DNA from: the human T2T-CHM13v2.0 reference genome, Homo sapiens
Reading direction: 5' to 3' (one strand)
Length of the DNA: 64,000 nucleotides
Assembly: GCF_009914755.1 (NCBI RefSeq)
Contig: NC_060947.1
Shown here piece by piece: positions 30,141-50,029 of the stretch (its first letter is position 1; every line of letters starts with the position of its first letter). A program made the translations under genes and the position numbers. A model generated the notes under the pieces. That model saw only the letters and a list, made by a program, of their open reading frames with translations. It was not told where the DNA came from and made no database searches.

Positions 30141-30474
30141 GTGCTGCTTCAGGGTCTGGAAGAGGAGACCACCAGTGAAAGATATGCATGTGTCTGTAGT
30201 TTGTGCGTTCTTTCTCAGGAACGAAACTAGCTGAATAGAGTAGGGATCTGGCAGAATCAGGGATTCCTAACCCCTGGGGAATCTTGAAAACATGTGTCAT
30301 GGTTATAAGAAGCAACTCTCAGCTAGCTCACACCTGGCAAACTACATGGTCAATTTTTCACCATTACTCCTGGCTGAAACCCAAAGTAACACATTTAAAC
30401 ATAACCTCATGTGAACCTAAAATAAATGAATGAACGACTAAATTCATCAAAAGTCCCAGTTTCTTCTTTACCAA

Positions 30475-30773
30475 TTTTTTTCTTTCTTTCTTTCTTTTTT
30501 TTTGAGACAGGGTCTCACTCTGTCACCCAGGCTGGAGTGCAGTGGTGTGATCACAGCTCACTTCAGCCTCAATCGATCTCCTGCTTCAGCCTCCTGAGTA
30601 GGTAGCACCACAGGCATGAGCCACCACACTCAGCTAATTTTTTTTTTTATTTTTAGTAGAGAGGAGATCTCATCATGTTGCCCAGGTTGGTCTCAAACTT
30701 CTGGGCTCAAGTGATCCGCCCGCCTCAGCCTCCAAAGTGCTGGGATTACAGGCGTGAAACACCGCACCTGGCC
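30475..30773 (-). mobile_element. AluJ with a small deletion
   Basis: gagacagggtctcactctgtcacc...gtgatcacagctcac. Confidence 0.88.
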
Positions 30774-30829
30774 TATACCTATTTCTATACTCTTATAACT
30801 TACCTGTATCCTCATAATTTTTGAATTTT

Positions 30830-31400
30830 ATAATCTTAAAAATATTTCATCGTAAAGGCAAAAATTATAGGTAATATATATTTCAGGATAAGAAAGTGCA
30901 TATCTGTGTACTCATCACTCAGCTGAAGATAGCATTCTAAGATCTTTGAAATGCCCTGTGTACTCCTCTCCAGTCTCATATTTCTCTATTCCTCTACCCC
31001 CAGAAAGTATTCAGAATTATGTGTTAATCATTCCCTTGCTTGCTTTATTGCCTTACTCCAGGGATTCTCAAAAGGAAGACTATTGACATTTTGGATGGGA
31101 TAATTCTTTGTTGTGGGGGACTGTGCTGTGCTGTTATGGGTTAAATTGTGTCTCTCCAAAAGATATGCTGAATTCCTAACTCCCAACACTTCAAAATGTA
31201 CCCTATATGGAAATAGGGTCATTGTAGACATAATCAGTAAAGATGAGGTCATACTGGAGCAGGGTGGGCTCTTAATGCAATGTGATTGGTGTGGTATAAC
31301 TCTACATGAATGGAATAATACTACATGTGTTCTTTTGTGACTTGCTATTTTTTCATCAGTGTTATATTTTTGAGATTTTAGCCAAGTTGCCATATGTAAC
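30830..31400. mobile_element. Nested fragments: L1M, partial MER20 (31059-31130), partial MLT1 LTR (31132-31290)
   Basis: tattgacattttggatgggataattctttgttgtggggg (MER20); tgttatgggttaaattgtgtc...tggaaatagggtc (MLT1). Confidence 0.6.
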
Positions 31401-32057
31401 AGTAATGTAGTGATTTCTAGGCATGTTATCAGTATGCCTAGTTCCCTTCTCTTTTTTCTATCCAGGAAAAAAGGTGGAGGCAGGTAAGTTTTCTAACTGT
31501 CTTCTTTGCATTGTAGGTTTATTTCTTGTTCATCCTAACCCTGCAGGTGAAGCTCTTCAGGATCCTAGTTTTATGGATGATCCTGAAGATCTTCCGTATC
31601 TCCTATTAAGCTCTTCACCTTAGTTTTCCCTAGGCTTTATTCTCTGTTCCCCTGATCCCATGCAACCTCTAAAATAGAACTTGAGGATCATCAGATATCC
31701 TCACTGTGAAAGCCAGATTGAGCCCTCCTCATTTCCTGAGATTCCCACTTCCCATTGCCAGCCTGGCAGTATATTTTTAAAACTCATTTTTCCAGGACTG
31801 TTATCAGGATTATTAAAACTGAAGGAGTGTGCTTTTATTCTTCCAGGAAAGAAGAGAAACAGTTTTTGAGAATAAACTGAGCAGGCTTGTAAACCTTAAG
31901 AAATATTATAGTTGAACCCTATAATATCTCAAAAAAATAGTATTTGTTAACTGTCAGCCATCATCTTTCACAACACACAGAGAAAGAGGTCTTGAGAAGT
32001 CTATATAAGCTTGCCCCTCCAGCATTTCCCTTGCCCACTACATTCCATGTCAGTCAC

Positions 32058-32402
32058 TGTGTTAGTCTCTACTGCTGCTACAACAAAATACTTTGGACTG
32101 GGTAATTTGCAAACAACAGAAATTTGTTGCTCACAATTCTGGAGAATGGGAAGTCCAAGATCAAGGTGTAGTCAGATTAGGTGTCTGGTGTGGGACTGTT
32201 TCTTCTAGATGGTACCCTCTTCCTGTGTTCTAACATGGTAGAAGAGGCAAACAGCTCCCTCACACCTCACACTACAGATCATTCATGAGGGATCTGCACT
32301 TACGATTTAATCACCTCCTAAGAACCCTACCTCTTAAAATGATCACATTAATGATTATGTTTCAATATATGGATTTTCAGGGGACACACTCAGACCATAG
32401 CA
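32058..32402 (-). mobile_element. MLT1A-like MaLR LTR
   Basis: gctcacaattctggagaatgggaagtccaagatcaagg...gggacacactcagaccatagca. Confidence 0.8.
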
Positions 32403-32826
32403 GTTACTAAACTGAATAATTCCATCATTAAACACATATCTATGCCTGAGGCTAGTTCCAGAAGAACTACCTTTTGCATGGTGTAGAAAATCAGAAACAT
32501 TGAGGTTAGAAGCATCATCTGCATTCTTAGGCTGAATTTAGACAGGTCACATGCACCCTCTGCATTCTGTTGAGATTTTGCAGGCCATTCCATAATTTCT
32601 GGGTCCAGTAATTTTTCTGTAGATATTTTACTACAATGACTCAAAGATTTCCCTTGTAAAAGCCCCACAACAGTGCCAGAAGCCAGCTTTGAGGCATCTC
32701 TTCTCATCAACAGATTAAAGCCAAAGTGAGAGGCAAACTTTTATGCAAAATGAATAAAAATAAAACAAAACCAGGTTAGGTAGGAAAGGGTTATTACAAA
32801 TGTTTTGACACATTCCGAGCCAGTAG

Positions 32827-33614
<788 letters not shown>

Positions 33615-34129
33615 TATGCCAGCTTCTTAACAAACACCAAGTATCTGGCCTGGGATTATCAGGAATCTCTTTTGTGGTTGATTTGACCTCATGGGTCCTC
33701 AGATACAATATCAAGTTGAATTGAATTTTATGTTTAACTCCTTTCTTGGAGGTTCCCCTCTCTCCCTCATGCATCAGCAAGTGAGCAGGTGATGGACATT
33801 TTGGTACTGCCAGGAGCATTTCTCCTGACTTAATCAGGTGCAAAGTGCCACTAAGTTTCTGTGGCTCATGTCACCCTTCAACTGACTGCTTTCAACGGAT
33901 GTTGGCAAGAGGCAGACATCATGATAGAATCACACACCCTAATAACTCTCTCCAAAGCTGCACTCATTGGCCACCAAGAACAAGAAAAGCAAGACTCCAT
34001 CCCATGGAAAATCTGTTATGATAGACAGCTGGACCCTTAGAACAAAACTGGTTCTTCATTAAAGTTGGAGTGGGAAAGATATTACTGGCAAAAGTTGAGC
34101 AAGGTTTATAACAAAGTACAGGTAGAATT

Positions 34130-34685
34130 ATGCCATTCTTCTGCATAAAACCATCCAATGACTTCCTATAGTACACTTAATAAATCCCTTGGCAGGCCCT
34201 TCATGGTACATCACATACCAGGCCACCATCCACTTCCCCAATATCAGGCCTTTCCCTGATTTCTTCATTCAGTTTTTTTGGGGACAATCTTGGCTTCCTC
34301 GCTAAGATTGTTCCTGTATCATACTTGTATTTTATGGTCCTTCTCCCTGAAATTCTCTCCTCCCAGGGGATGCCCCCTTCCTTATAATTCAGTCCTCTGA
34401 CCACCATTGATTCACAGAAAGGCCTTCCTAGATTACCCCTTCTCAAATGCTCCCACCCCTGATATCTTAATCTCTCTACACTTTTACCCTGCTTTATTGT
34501 CTTCAGAGACCTTAACCCTATCTAAAATCACATTATTTATTTTAACCTGATTACAGTCTGTTTTCTCCACAAGAATATATGGTGGGGCCTTGTTGATCTT
34601 GTTTACCTCTGTATCCCAAGCATCTCTCAGGGTATGGCACATAGTACATGTTCAATAAATATTTGCTGAATACTAAATAGATGTG
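34130..34685 (+). mobile_element. L2 3' end
   Basis: ggcacatagtacatgttcaataaatatttgctgaat, canonical L2 terminus. Confidence 0.75.
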
Positions 34686-34695
34686 AATAGTGAAA

Positions 34696-34788
34696 TATAT
34701 ATATATACACACACACACATATATATACATATATATACATATACACACACACACACACACATATATATATACATATATATACATATAC
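34696..34788. repeat. Compound (TA)n/(CA)n microsatellite
   Basis: atatatatacacacacacacatatatat... Confidence 0.95.
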
Positions 34789-34920
34789 TAGACAGCATGT
34801 GCTATTATTTAACAATTTCAACCCATTTTCTTCCTCCACACACAGGGACCACAGGAAGTTTGTCTAACAATTTAAGAGGTCCAGTGTTATAATATGTGAA
34901 TAAGATGGTGTTAATATTAG

Positions 34921-35596
<676 letters not shown>

Positions 35597-35879
35597 CTAT
35601 TAGCTTTTAATCATGATCAAGTCTCTTTCGTATGGAAAAAAATAAAAAATTCCTTTAATTCCATTTCTATCTCACGTTCACTCCTAGAAACTGCCCCCTT
35701 TTCCGTTTCCTTTAAACTAAACTTTGTGTCTGAACTTCTTTCATCATTTACTCATTTCCCAGCACCACTTTTGCCAAAACAACTCTCAATAATGCCATCA
35801 GGAACTCCATCCCACAGAAACTTTTCTGCTTCTATCCCTTCCCTGTGGAATACAAAAGAAGCGCCACTATATGGAAGCC

Positions 35880-36500
35880 TAGACTAACGGTGCCCAATTT
35901 CGACTCATTGTGCACTGATCTAAGTAGAAAATAAAGGGAAATTTGAGTACCCACCTACTGTTATATGTTCGGTTATGTATTTATTTTTAAATTATATGCT
36001 TATAGTATAGTTTAATATAGTATGTACATTACAAATAAAAGCAAATTTGCAAATTAATATGAAAAAGGTGAAGAAAAATAGATACTAAATGTCTTGCTAA
36101 TTAGGATGCTTCATATTTTAATTCACTAATATCTTAAACATGATAGATGCTTAACAAGTTCCATTCTTAATCATACTGTATGAAAACCCTTATTTCAGGT
36201 AATCTTGATGATTTTAAATTTTTCTTAGCTGATTTTTCATCAGCTTTGATTGATTTTCATTACTCATGTGACTGATGTAAATCTTATTTTCTCTCTGATG
36301 CTTGCATTATTAGTATTATCTTATTAATATTATTGTTTACTGGTATCTTTCAAAGCCACTTATACATTTCAGAGATTTAAGTCAGTTACCACTAGATAAT
36401 ACAATCTGTAGACAGACATTTGCAGAGGCCATCTGTCACCATACACTGATAGCAAAAAAATGAAACTAGAGGCACCACTGACCATTCCTCCTCATTGTGG
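35880..36500 (-). mobile_element. Probable decayed Charlie (hAT) transposon fragment
   Basis: Minus strand near 36365 reads ATGTATAAGTGGCTTTGAAAGATACC (MYKWL*KIP), resembling Charlie transposase N-termini; AT-rich. Confidence 0.35.
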
Positions 36501-36711
36501 GATTCCAGTACTCTCTCCAGATGTCTCATGGACAGGACAGATGGAAGGAATGAGGGGGCCAGTGTAAGCCCTTATGTGACGTACTAGAAAATCCTGTTTC
36601 CCTTCCCTTTTTTTTTTAGAGAACAATAATCTTAAATAGAAGTTTGAATTTTCCCCCTGAACTATGATCTTGAGAAGTGTGTACTCTAATTTGCAAACCT
36701 GTAGTCTAAAC

Positions 36712-37735
36712 CAGGGGTAGGCAAACTTTGTAAAGGGCCAGAAAATAACCATTTTCAGCTTTGTGAACCATGCTCTCTTTGTTGCAACTACTCAGCTCTG
36801 CTGCTGTAGGGCAGAAACAGCCATAGCCAATACATGAATAAACAAGCACTGTGGTATAATAAGAAATAGATTTGGTCTCTGTCTCCAGTTCCTGCCACAG
36901 AGCTCATAAAATCCTTGGAATTTCCTGAGTAATAGGAGTGTCTTTTGTGAGTCATAAAGAGCCCCTTTTAATCAGACCTGAGTTTACTCTAATGAGGTGA
37001 CTTAGGGTGGGGTCCCTAGATATCCTCAAGATGGGGCTGGTTGGTCACCAGAAAAACCAACTGATTGGAAATTTTACCCCAGCCACAGACTTCTGGGAAG
37101 GTGAGGAGGGAGCTGGAGATTAAGCTCTATAAAAACTCTTGAAAAAAGAGATTTGATGAATGTCAGGATTGGTGAACACATCAGGGTACTGGGAGGTTGG
37201 TGTACCCAGAGAGGGCACAGAAGCTCCATGTGCCCCCTTACCCCATAACTTGCCCTGTGCATCTCTTCCATCTGGCTCTTCCTGATTTGTATCCTTTATA
37301 CTAAACTGGTAAACATTAAGTGAAGTGCTTTTTTTTGAGTTCTTTGAGCCACCCTTGCAAATTATCAAACCTGAGGAGTGGGCCGTGGGAATCCTCAATT
37401 TATAGCTGGTCGTCCAGAAGTGTGGATGGCTGGACTTGTGACTGGCATTTGAGGTGGGCATAGTCTTATGGGACTGAGCCCTTAACTTGTGGGATTTGAC
37501 ACTAACTCCAGGTAGTGTCAGAATTGAGTTGAATTGTAGGACATCTAGCTGGTGTCCAGAGAATTGCAGAATTATTTGGTGTGGGAAAAAATCCACATAT
37601 TTGGGGTCAGAAGGGTTGTGTGAGTGTAGAGAAACAGTGTTTTCCCACAAGCATAGCTGTTGTTCCAACATTGCTTTATTTACAAAAGTGGGTGGCAACC
37701 AATGTGGCCAATAGCTGTAGTTTGCCCATCTCTTG
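36712..37735. mobile_element. MER58A split by a MER21C-like LTR (36850-37649)
   Basis: MER58 ends caggggtaggcaaac and gtagtttgccc; LTR tg...ca with TSD agca(c/t). Confidence 0.82.
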
Positions 37736-37960
37736 GTAAGAACAGCAAAAACCCAGATTCTCACAGGGGGAATTTGACACAGAAGAGCCTTGCTCCCAAT
37801 AATGAAAGAAATAGTACAAGATGACAAATGCTTTTAGGTTCAGAGAATTCTAAATGTTGCTAAGGGTTAGGAAAGCAGGTGCAGGCTTCCAGCTCATTAA
37901 ATCAAAGCTTTGGAAAGTAAACCACCAGGTCTCAAGATTAGAAAGATTTTCATGGTGTGC

Positions 37961-38042
37961 ATTAGGTTGAACTAGAAGAAAGTGCTGATATTTGACCATT
38001 ATTGACAAGCAAAAATGGCAACTTCATATGACTGAACTTATT
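37961..38042. mobile_element. MADE2 (Mariner MITE)
   Basis: ~80-bp palindrome attaggttgaac...ttcatatgactgaactta. Confidence 0.65.
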
Positions 38043-38326
38043 TGCAGAAATAATACTAACGGTTAGGTTTAATTGAGTGCTTACTATATTTTTGACACTG
38101 GACCAATATTTTGCATGCATTCTTTTACTTATTTCTTATATCAAATCTGTAAGGTCACTACTATTATTTGCACTTTCCCAATAAGGAAATCAATAGCTGT
38201 TTACATACCCTGCCCAGAATCTCACAGCTAGAAAATGCTGGAATAGAAAATACTGTAACTGAACTTAGGCTTATTGAATCAAAAGTCCTTCCTCTTAGCC
38301 ATCAAAAGTTTTCATGTTTAAAAACA

Positions 38327-38466
38327 ATTTTTTTTTTGTAGAGATGGGTGTCTTGCTATGTTGCCCAGGCTGGTCTTGAACTCCTGACCTCCAGCAATCC
38401 TCCCACCTTGGGCTCCCAAAGTGCTGGTGAGCCACTGCTCACAGACATGAGCCACTGCACCTGGCC
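38327..38466 (-). mobile_element. FLAM_C/Alu left monomer
   Basis: T tail + gtagagatggg...gagccactgcacctggcc. Confidence 0.8.
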
Positions 38467-38553
38467 TGAAAGTAATCACTTTGGAAAAGTGAGGTTATGA
38501 GTGAAGAAGAAAAAGGGCACAGTATTATTTTGATGCACTATTATACAAATGAG

Positions 38554-38672
38554 CCAAATATGACCTCTGTATAATATGACCTCTGTATAATGGCCCCTAT
38601 GTTGACCTCTGTATAATATGACCTTTGTATAATGGCCCCAAATATGACCTCTGTATAATGGCCCCTATGTTG
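38554..38672. repeat. Compound minisatellite, five TGACCTYTGTATAAT units
   Basis: Units start at 38561, 38577, 38603, 38619, 38645 (spacing 16/26/16/26). Confidence 0.92.
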
Positions 38673-38808
38673 CTTACTTCTTCACAGAGTGCTGAGAGGC
38701 TACAAGTGCCAAACTCAAATTCTTATGCATCCAGTTATTTTAAGTATAGCTCTCCACAAGCATATTTTATAGCATATTTTATATCAACTTATATATCTCC
38801 ATGGTTTT

Positions 38809-41210
<2,402 letters not shown>

Positions 41211-41421
41211 TCCATGGTTTTTTTTTTTAATTAAACATTTTAACATGTTTATTTTGAGAAATCAGTATAAAATGTTTTAATATTCTTTTATGTATATCTA
41301 CTGTATTTCAAAAAATGTTTAAAATAAATACCAGAAGACAATAATTTGCCTGAAGACCTGTCTCATCAAAAAGAGAAACTGAAATTTTAACCAAATAATT
41401 TGAGTTTTAGTGCATGTGCCC

Positions 41422-41845
41422 TGTTAAAGTAAATAGAGACTGGGCCTGAAGAATCCTTGGGAAGACAAAGCCAGTTAGACCTCATAAATGACCTTAACCT
41501 TGCTTGATTTGCAAACATAAGCAAACATTAACTTGGACTATTTCTTATAAATGCCTATATTAGAGAAAAAAATGAAACTTAAGGCTAACCAATCAGAAGC
41601 CATAAATTAACTTATATAACTAGGGACTTTCCTGCAGGATACACAAATAAGGCAACTCCATAACTGTACCCAATCACATATTCTCCTTGCTTTACTTTCT
41701 TATTCATCTTATGAAGGCCTCCCCTTGCATTCCCTCTGCAGAACTTTTGAACCACTTCCAATTTGAAGCTGTCCAAATCATGAATTGCTGTTTGTTCAAG
41801 TAAACCCTTTAAAATTTTTACTGTGCCCAAGTTTACCTTTTGACA
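41422..41845 (+). mobile_element. ERV1-class solo LTR (MER57/MER67/LTR54-like)
   Basis: tgttaaag...ttgaca ends, CCAAT boxes, agtaaa poly(A)-like signal. Confidence 0.7.
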
Positions 41846-42086
41846 GTTCTTAATCTTTATACTTGTATCTTTTTAAAAATTTTTTTTTATTATACTTTAA
41901 GTTCTAGGGTACATGTGCAAAACATGCAGGTTTGTTACATATGTATACATTTGCCATGTTGGTGTGCTGCACTCATTAACTTGTCATTTACATTAGGTAT
42001 ATCTCCTAATGCTATCCCTCCTCTCTCCCCCACGACAGGCCCTGGTGTGTGATGTTCCCCACCCTGTGTCCAAGTGTTCTCATTGT

Positions 42087-45912
<3,826 letters not shown>

Positions 45913-45975
45913 TATGATGTTAGCTGGTTATTTTGCTCATTAGTTGATGCAGTTTCTTCCTAGCATCAATGGTCT

Positions 45976-46999
45976 TTACAATTTGGCATGTTTTTGCTGG
46001 GGCTGGTACCGGTTGTTCCTTTCCATGTTTAGTGCTTCCTTCAGGAGCTCTTGTAAGGCAGGCCTGGTGGTGACAAAATCTCTCAGCATTTCCTTGTCTG
46101 TAAAGGATTTTATTTCTCCTTTACTTATGAAGCTTAGTTTGGCTGGAAATGAAATTCTGGGTTGAAAATTCTTTTCTTTAAGAATGTTGAATATTGGCCC
46201 CCACTCTCTTCTGGCTTGTAGAGTTTCTGCCAAGACATCCACTTTTAGTCTGATGGGCTTCCCTTTGTGGGTAACCCGACCTTTCCCTCTGGCTGCCCTT
46301 AACATTTTTTCCTTCATTTCAGCTTTGGTGAATCTGACAATTATGTGTCTTGGAGCTGCTCTTCTTGAGGAGCATCTTTGTGGCATTCTCTGTATTTCCT
46401 GAATTTGAATGTTGGCCTGCCTTGCTAGGTTGGGGAAGTATTGCTGGATAATATCCTGAAGAGTGTTTTCCAACTTGGTTCCATTATCCCCATCACTTTC
46501 AGGTACACCAATCAGACGTAGATTTGGTCTTTTCACATATTCCCATATTTCTTGGAGGCTTTGTTCATTTCTTTTTACTCTTTTTTCTCTAAACATCTCT
46601 TCTCGCTTCGTTTCATTCATTTGATCTTCAATCACTGATACCCTTTCTCCCAGTTGATCAAATCAGCTACTGAAGCTTGTGCATGCGTCATGTAGTTCTC
46701 ATGCCATGGTTTTCAGCTCCATCAGGTCATTTAAGGTCTTCTCTACGCTGTTTATTCTAGTTAGCCATTCATCTAATCTTTTTTCAAGTTTTAACTTCTT
46801 TGTGATGGGTTCAAACATCCTCCTTTAGCTCTGAGAAGTTCGTTATTACCAATCGTCTGAAGCCTTCTTCTCTCAACTCGTCAAAGTCATTCTCCGTCCA
46901 CCTTTGTTCCATTGCTGGCAAGGAGCTGCATTCCTTTGGAGGAGAAGAGGCACTCTGAATTTTAGAATTATCAGCTTTTCTGCTCTAGTTTCTCCCCAT
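45976..46999 (-). pseudogene. L1 ORF1 (p40), disrupted
   Basis: ATG GGG AGA AAC TAG (stop at codon 5); C-terminal 219 aa open (RNEQSLQEIWEYVKRPNLRLIGVPE...QKHAKL). Confidence 0.93.
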
Positions 47000-47574
47000 C
47001 TCTGTGGTTTTATCTACCTTTGGCCTTTGATGATGGTGACGTACAGATGGGGTTTTGGTGTGGATGTCCTTTCTGTTTGTTAGTTTTCCTTCTAACAGTG
47101 AGGACCCTCAGCTGCAGGTCTGTTGGATTTTGTTGGAGGTCCACTCCAGACCCTGTTTGCCTGGGTATCACCAGCGGAGGCTGCAGAACAGCAAATATTG
47201 CAGAACGGCAAATGTTGCTGCCTGATCCTTCCTCTGGAAGCTTCGTTTCAGAGGGGCACCCGGCCTTATGAGGTGTCAGTTGGCCCCTACTGGGAGGTGC
47301 CTCCCAGTCAGGCTACTTGGGGTTCAGGGACCCACTTGAGGAGGCAGTCTGTCTGTTCTCAGATCTCAAACTCCATGCTGGGGGAACCACTACTCTCTTC
47401 AAAGCTGTCAGACAGGGACGTTTAAGTCTGCAGAAGTTTCTGCTGCCCTTTGTTCAGCTATGACTCGCCCCTTGAGGTGGAGTCTACAGAGGCAGGCAGG
47501 CCTACTTGAGTTGCAGTGGGCTCCACCCAGTTCGAGCTTCCTGGTGGCTTTGTTTAACTACTCAAGCCTCAGCA

Positions 47575-47757
47575 ATGGCGGACGCCCCTCCCCAAGCCTT
47601 GCTGCTGCCTTGCAGTTCGATCTCAGACTGCTGTGCTAGCAGTGAGCGAGGCTCTGTGGGCATGGGACCCTCCGAGCCATGCACAGGATATAATCTCCTG
47701 GTGTGCCGTTTGCTAAGACCATTGGAAAAGTGCAGTCTTAGGGTGGGAGTGTCCTGA
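47575..47757 (+). CDS. L1 ORF0 remnant (60 aa, antisense ORF in L1 5' UTR)
   Basis: MADAPPQALLLPCSSISDCCASSERGSVGMGPSEP...RVGVS* matches primate L1 ORF0; good Kozak context gcaATGG; shorter than the 71-aa L1HS form. Confidence 0.7.
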   Translation: MADAPPQALLLPCSSISDCCASSERGSVGMGPSEPCTGYNLLVCRLLRPLEKCSLRVGVS

Positions 47758-50029
47758 TTTTCCAGGTACCGTTTGTCACAGCTTCCCTTGGCTAGGAATT
47801 CCCCGACCCCTTGCACTTCCCGGATGAGGCGATGCCCCGCCCTGGTTCAGCTCACGCTCTGTGGGCTGCACCCACTGTTCGACAAGCCCCAGTGAGATGA
47901 ACCCGGTACCTCAGTTGGAAATGCAGAAATCACCTGTCTTCTGTGTTGCTCATATTGGGAGCTGTAGACTGGAGCTGTTCCTATTCGGCCATCTTGGAAC
48001 CTCTACTTGTATCTTATGGAAAGTTTTACCCTTTTTAAAAAAGATGTGGACACTTCCAGGTAGGCTTTTCTCTGCTCTTTAATAAAGGAGACCTTGATAT
48101 TTGCCTTTAATGGTCAGTGTTGTAGATGAGTTAATTTAACATGAAATATTTAATTTTGCTTTGTTATTTAAAAATTCTTCTGCTTAAATTAATAATATTC
48201 TATTACCTTGTTCACTTGGTATTTTATAAATGCTATAGGAAGAATGTATTTGGGTCACTACATTTTATTTTCAAGATAGAAAAAACTTACCATATTTAAA
48301 CTTAGAATAGTAATGTAAATTCACCATAGATCTTTTTCTCACTCTTAGTTAAGTCATTTTTTAATAGATTGCCTATGTCCTATTAGAATTTGGCCCCATA
48401 CAGTAGTAGTATATATATTCCAGCTCCAAGAGGAAATATAGATTATACTGCCTAGCATCCAGTTTCATATGGTTGATGAATGAATCCCGTCAAATTCTAC
48501 ATTTTTCAAATAGTCTCTATACATTTTCTGTCATGCTGAAATTGTATGAGGACATATTTAAATGCATTATAAAATTTGTTCTCTGAAAAGAATGAGAAAT
48601 AAATATTATGATGCTTTAGAGCTAAAGTAGTGCTGGAAAAAGTTACTAAAGCCCTTCAGATGTTAGCTTTGCAGGTCTTCATATTGAGGATGATGAACCT
48701 TTGATTTTAAAGACAAATTGTGATAAAAGAATCCTATACTGCTATAAAACTGATGGCGCCTATCAAAGCATTGAGAATTTACATTTTGTAAAATACCCAT
48801 GAGGGCAACTTAGGACCTAACTAGTAAAGAAGGAGGTTCTGTATTTCGTAAACTTCCTCCAGGATAATTTCAAACGATGCCATTGCGATATGAATATTTG
48901 AAGCCTTTGGTGCCATTCTGTTCCAAGTGTGTTCTAAAGCAAGCAGAAACCCTCCAAAAGGATCAGAAGAAATACTCTTCTGTATTAGAATTATTTATCT
49001 TTAGAGATAGTTGCCAGAAATTGCTTTCTATAGCTAACTACTAATTTTTTCAGTCTTGCAAGTTTTTAGCCTGATGAGTTGCAAAATGATCAGAAATTTA
49101 AAACTTATTGATATTTGAGTTGTGTTTTCATTTATGTGACTATCCTTTTGCAATTTTCTATATAGCCACAGAAGACAGGGTTCCATATGAAACCAAACCC
49201 TCTAGAGGACTAATATTATTCTCAGATTAATGAATGCTTCTTCTTTTGATAAAGCCCCCAAAGAGGAAAAATAGAAAGAATGTTTGCAAAGATAAAGGAT
49301 CATTGAAAGTATATTGAAATGGATTTTATAAGCCTTACATAAAAGACTATTTAAAGATTTATCTCTTCTAGATTTTTAGTGAGAGTACAGGTATGCAATA
49401 TTTTAGAGAAAATAAAATATTCTGGTTAGTCAAAGTTCTGATTCCTAGAACTTGAACAAGACATAGAATATCTTAATTTAAGGAATCAGGATTCAGGAAG
49501 ATAATAATAATGCTGTTTTTTTTTCAAACCACAAATGGTCAATAAATAATGCTGCTTTTAAATGGAGTCTAATAAGAAATATCATTGAGTTTTTTATGTG
49601 TTAATCACTTTAGAGTGTTTGTGTGATAATCATTCTAGTATGCTAATCATTATCTGTTTTAATTCAATATTACACATATTGTAAACTTGGTTCTGTAGAA
49701 AAGTATAATTTAACTTGCCTTTGTACTTGTGAAAAATAAGATGGACTAATTGATAGAAATTTACAAGTCATAAAATGGTTGCTAAGTAAACTTATTACAT
49801 GAAATGAAAAAAGAAGGGAAAATGCTGACAATAGAGCTGCATAGAAATTAAAATAACAGATATATTAAAATTGAATAGATTTTAGTGAATTACTTTAATC
49901 TTTTTTCAGTTTTCCAGGTAGCCGGTCACTATGAGCCACCAAGGAAATTGAGACCATAAAGTGCACACAGATAAAATGTACACATAAGTGCTTCCAGTTT
50001 CTCATGAGGGTGAACTGGATAATTAAAAT

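Noticed and set aside
34551-34892. ORFs with YIYV/HTHT repeats
   Set aside because: Translations of the (TA)n/(CA)n microsatellite
37120-37827. 235-aa minus-strand ORF
   Set aside because: Lies mostly within the MER21 LTR and MER58; no recognisable domain; chance ORF
38554-38672. Repeat-spacer pattern resembling a CRISPR array
   Set aside because: Units are ~15 bp, spacers are 1-11 bp and themselves repeated, the context is primate DNA and there are no cas genes
49250-49310. Peptide SPQRGKIERMFAKIKDH resembling the DDE integrase P..GK.ER motif
   Set aside because: Flanked by stops, no upstream D...D motifs and no terminal repeats; too short to support
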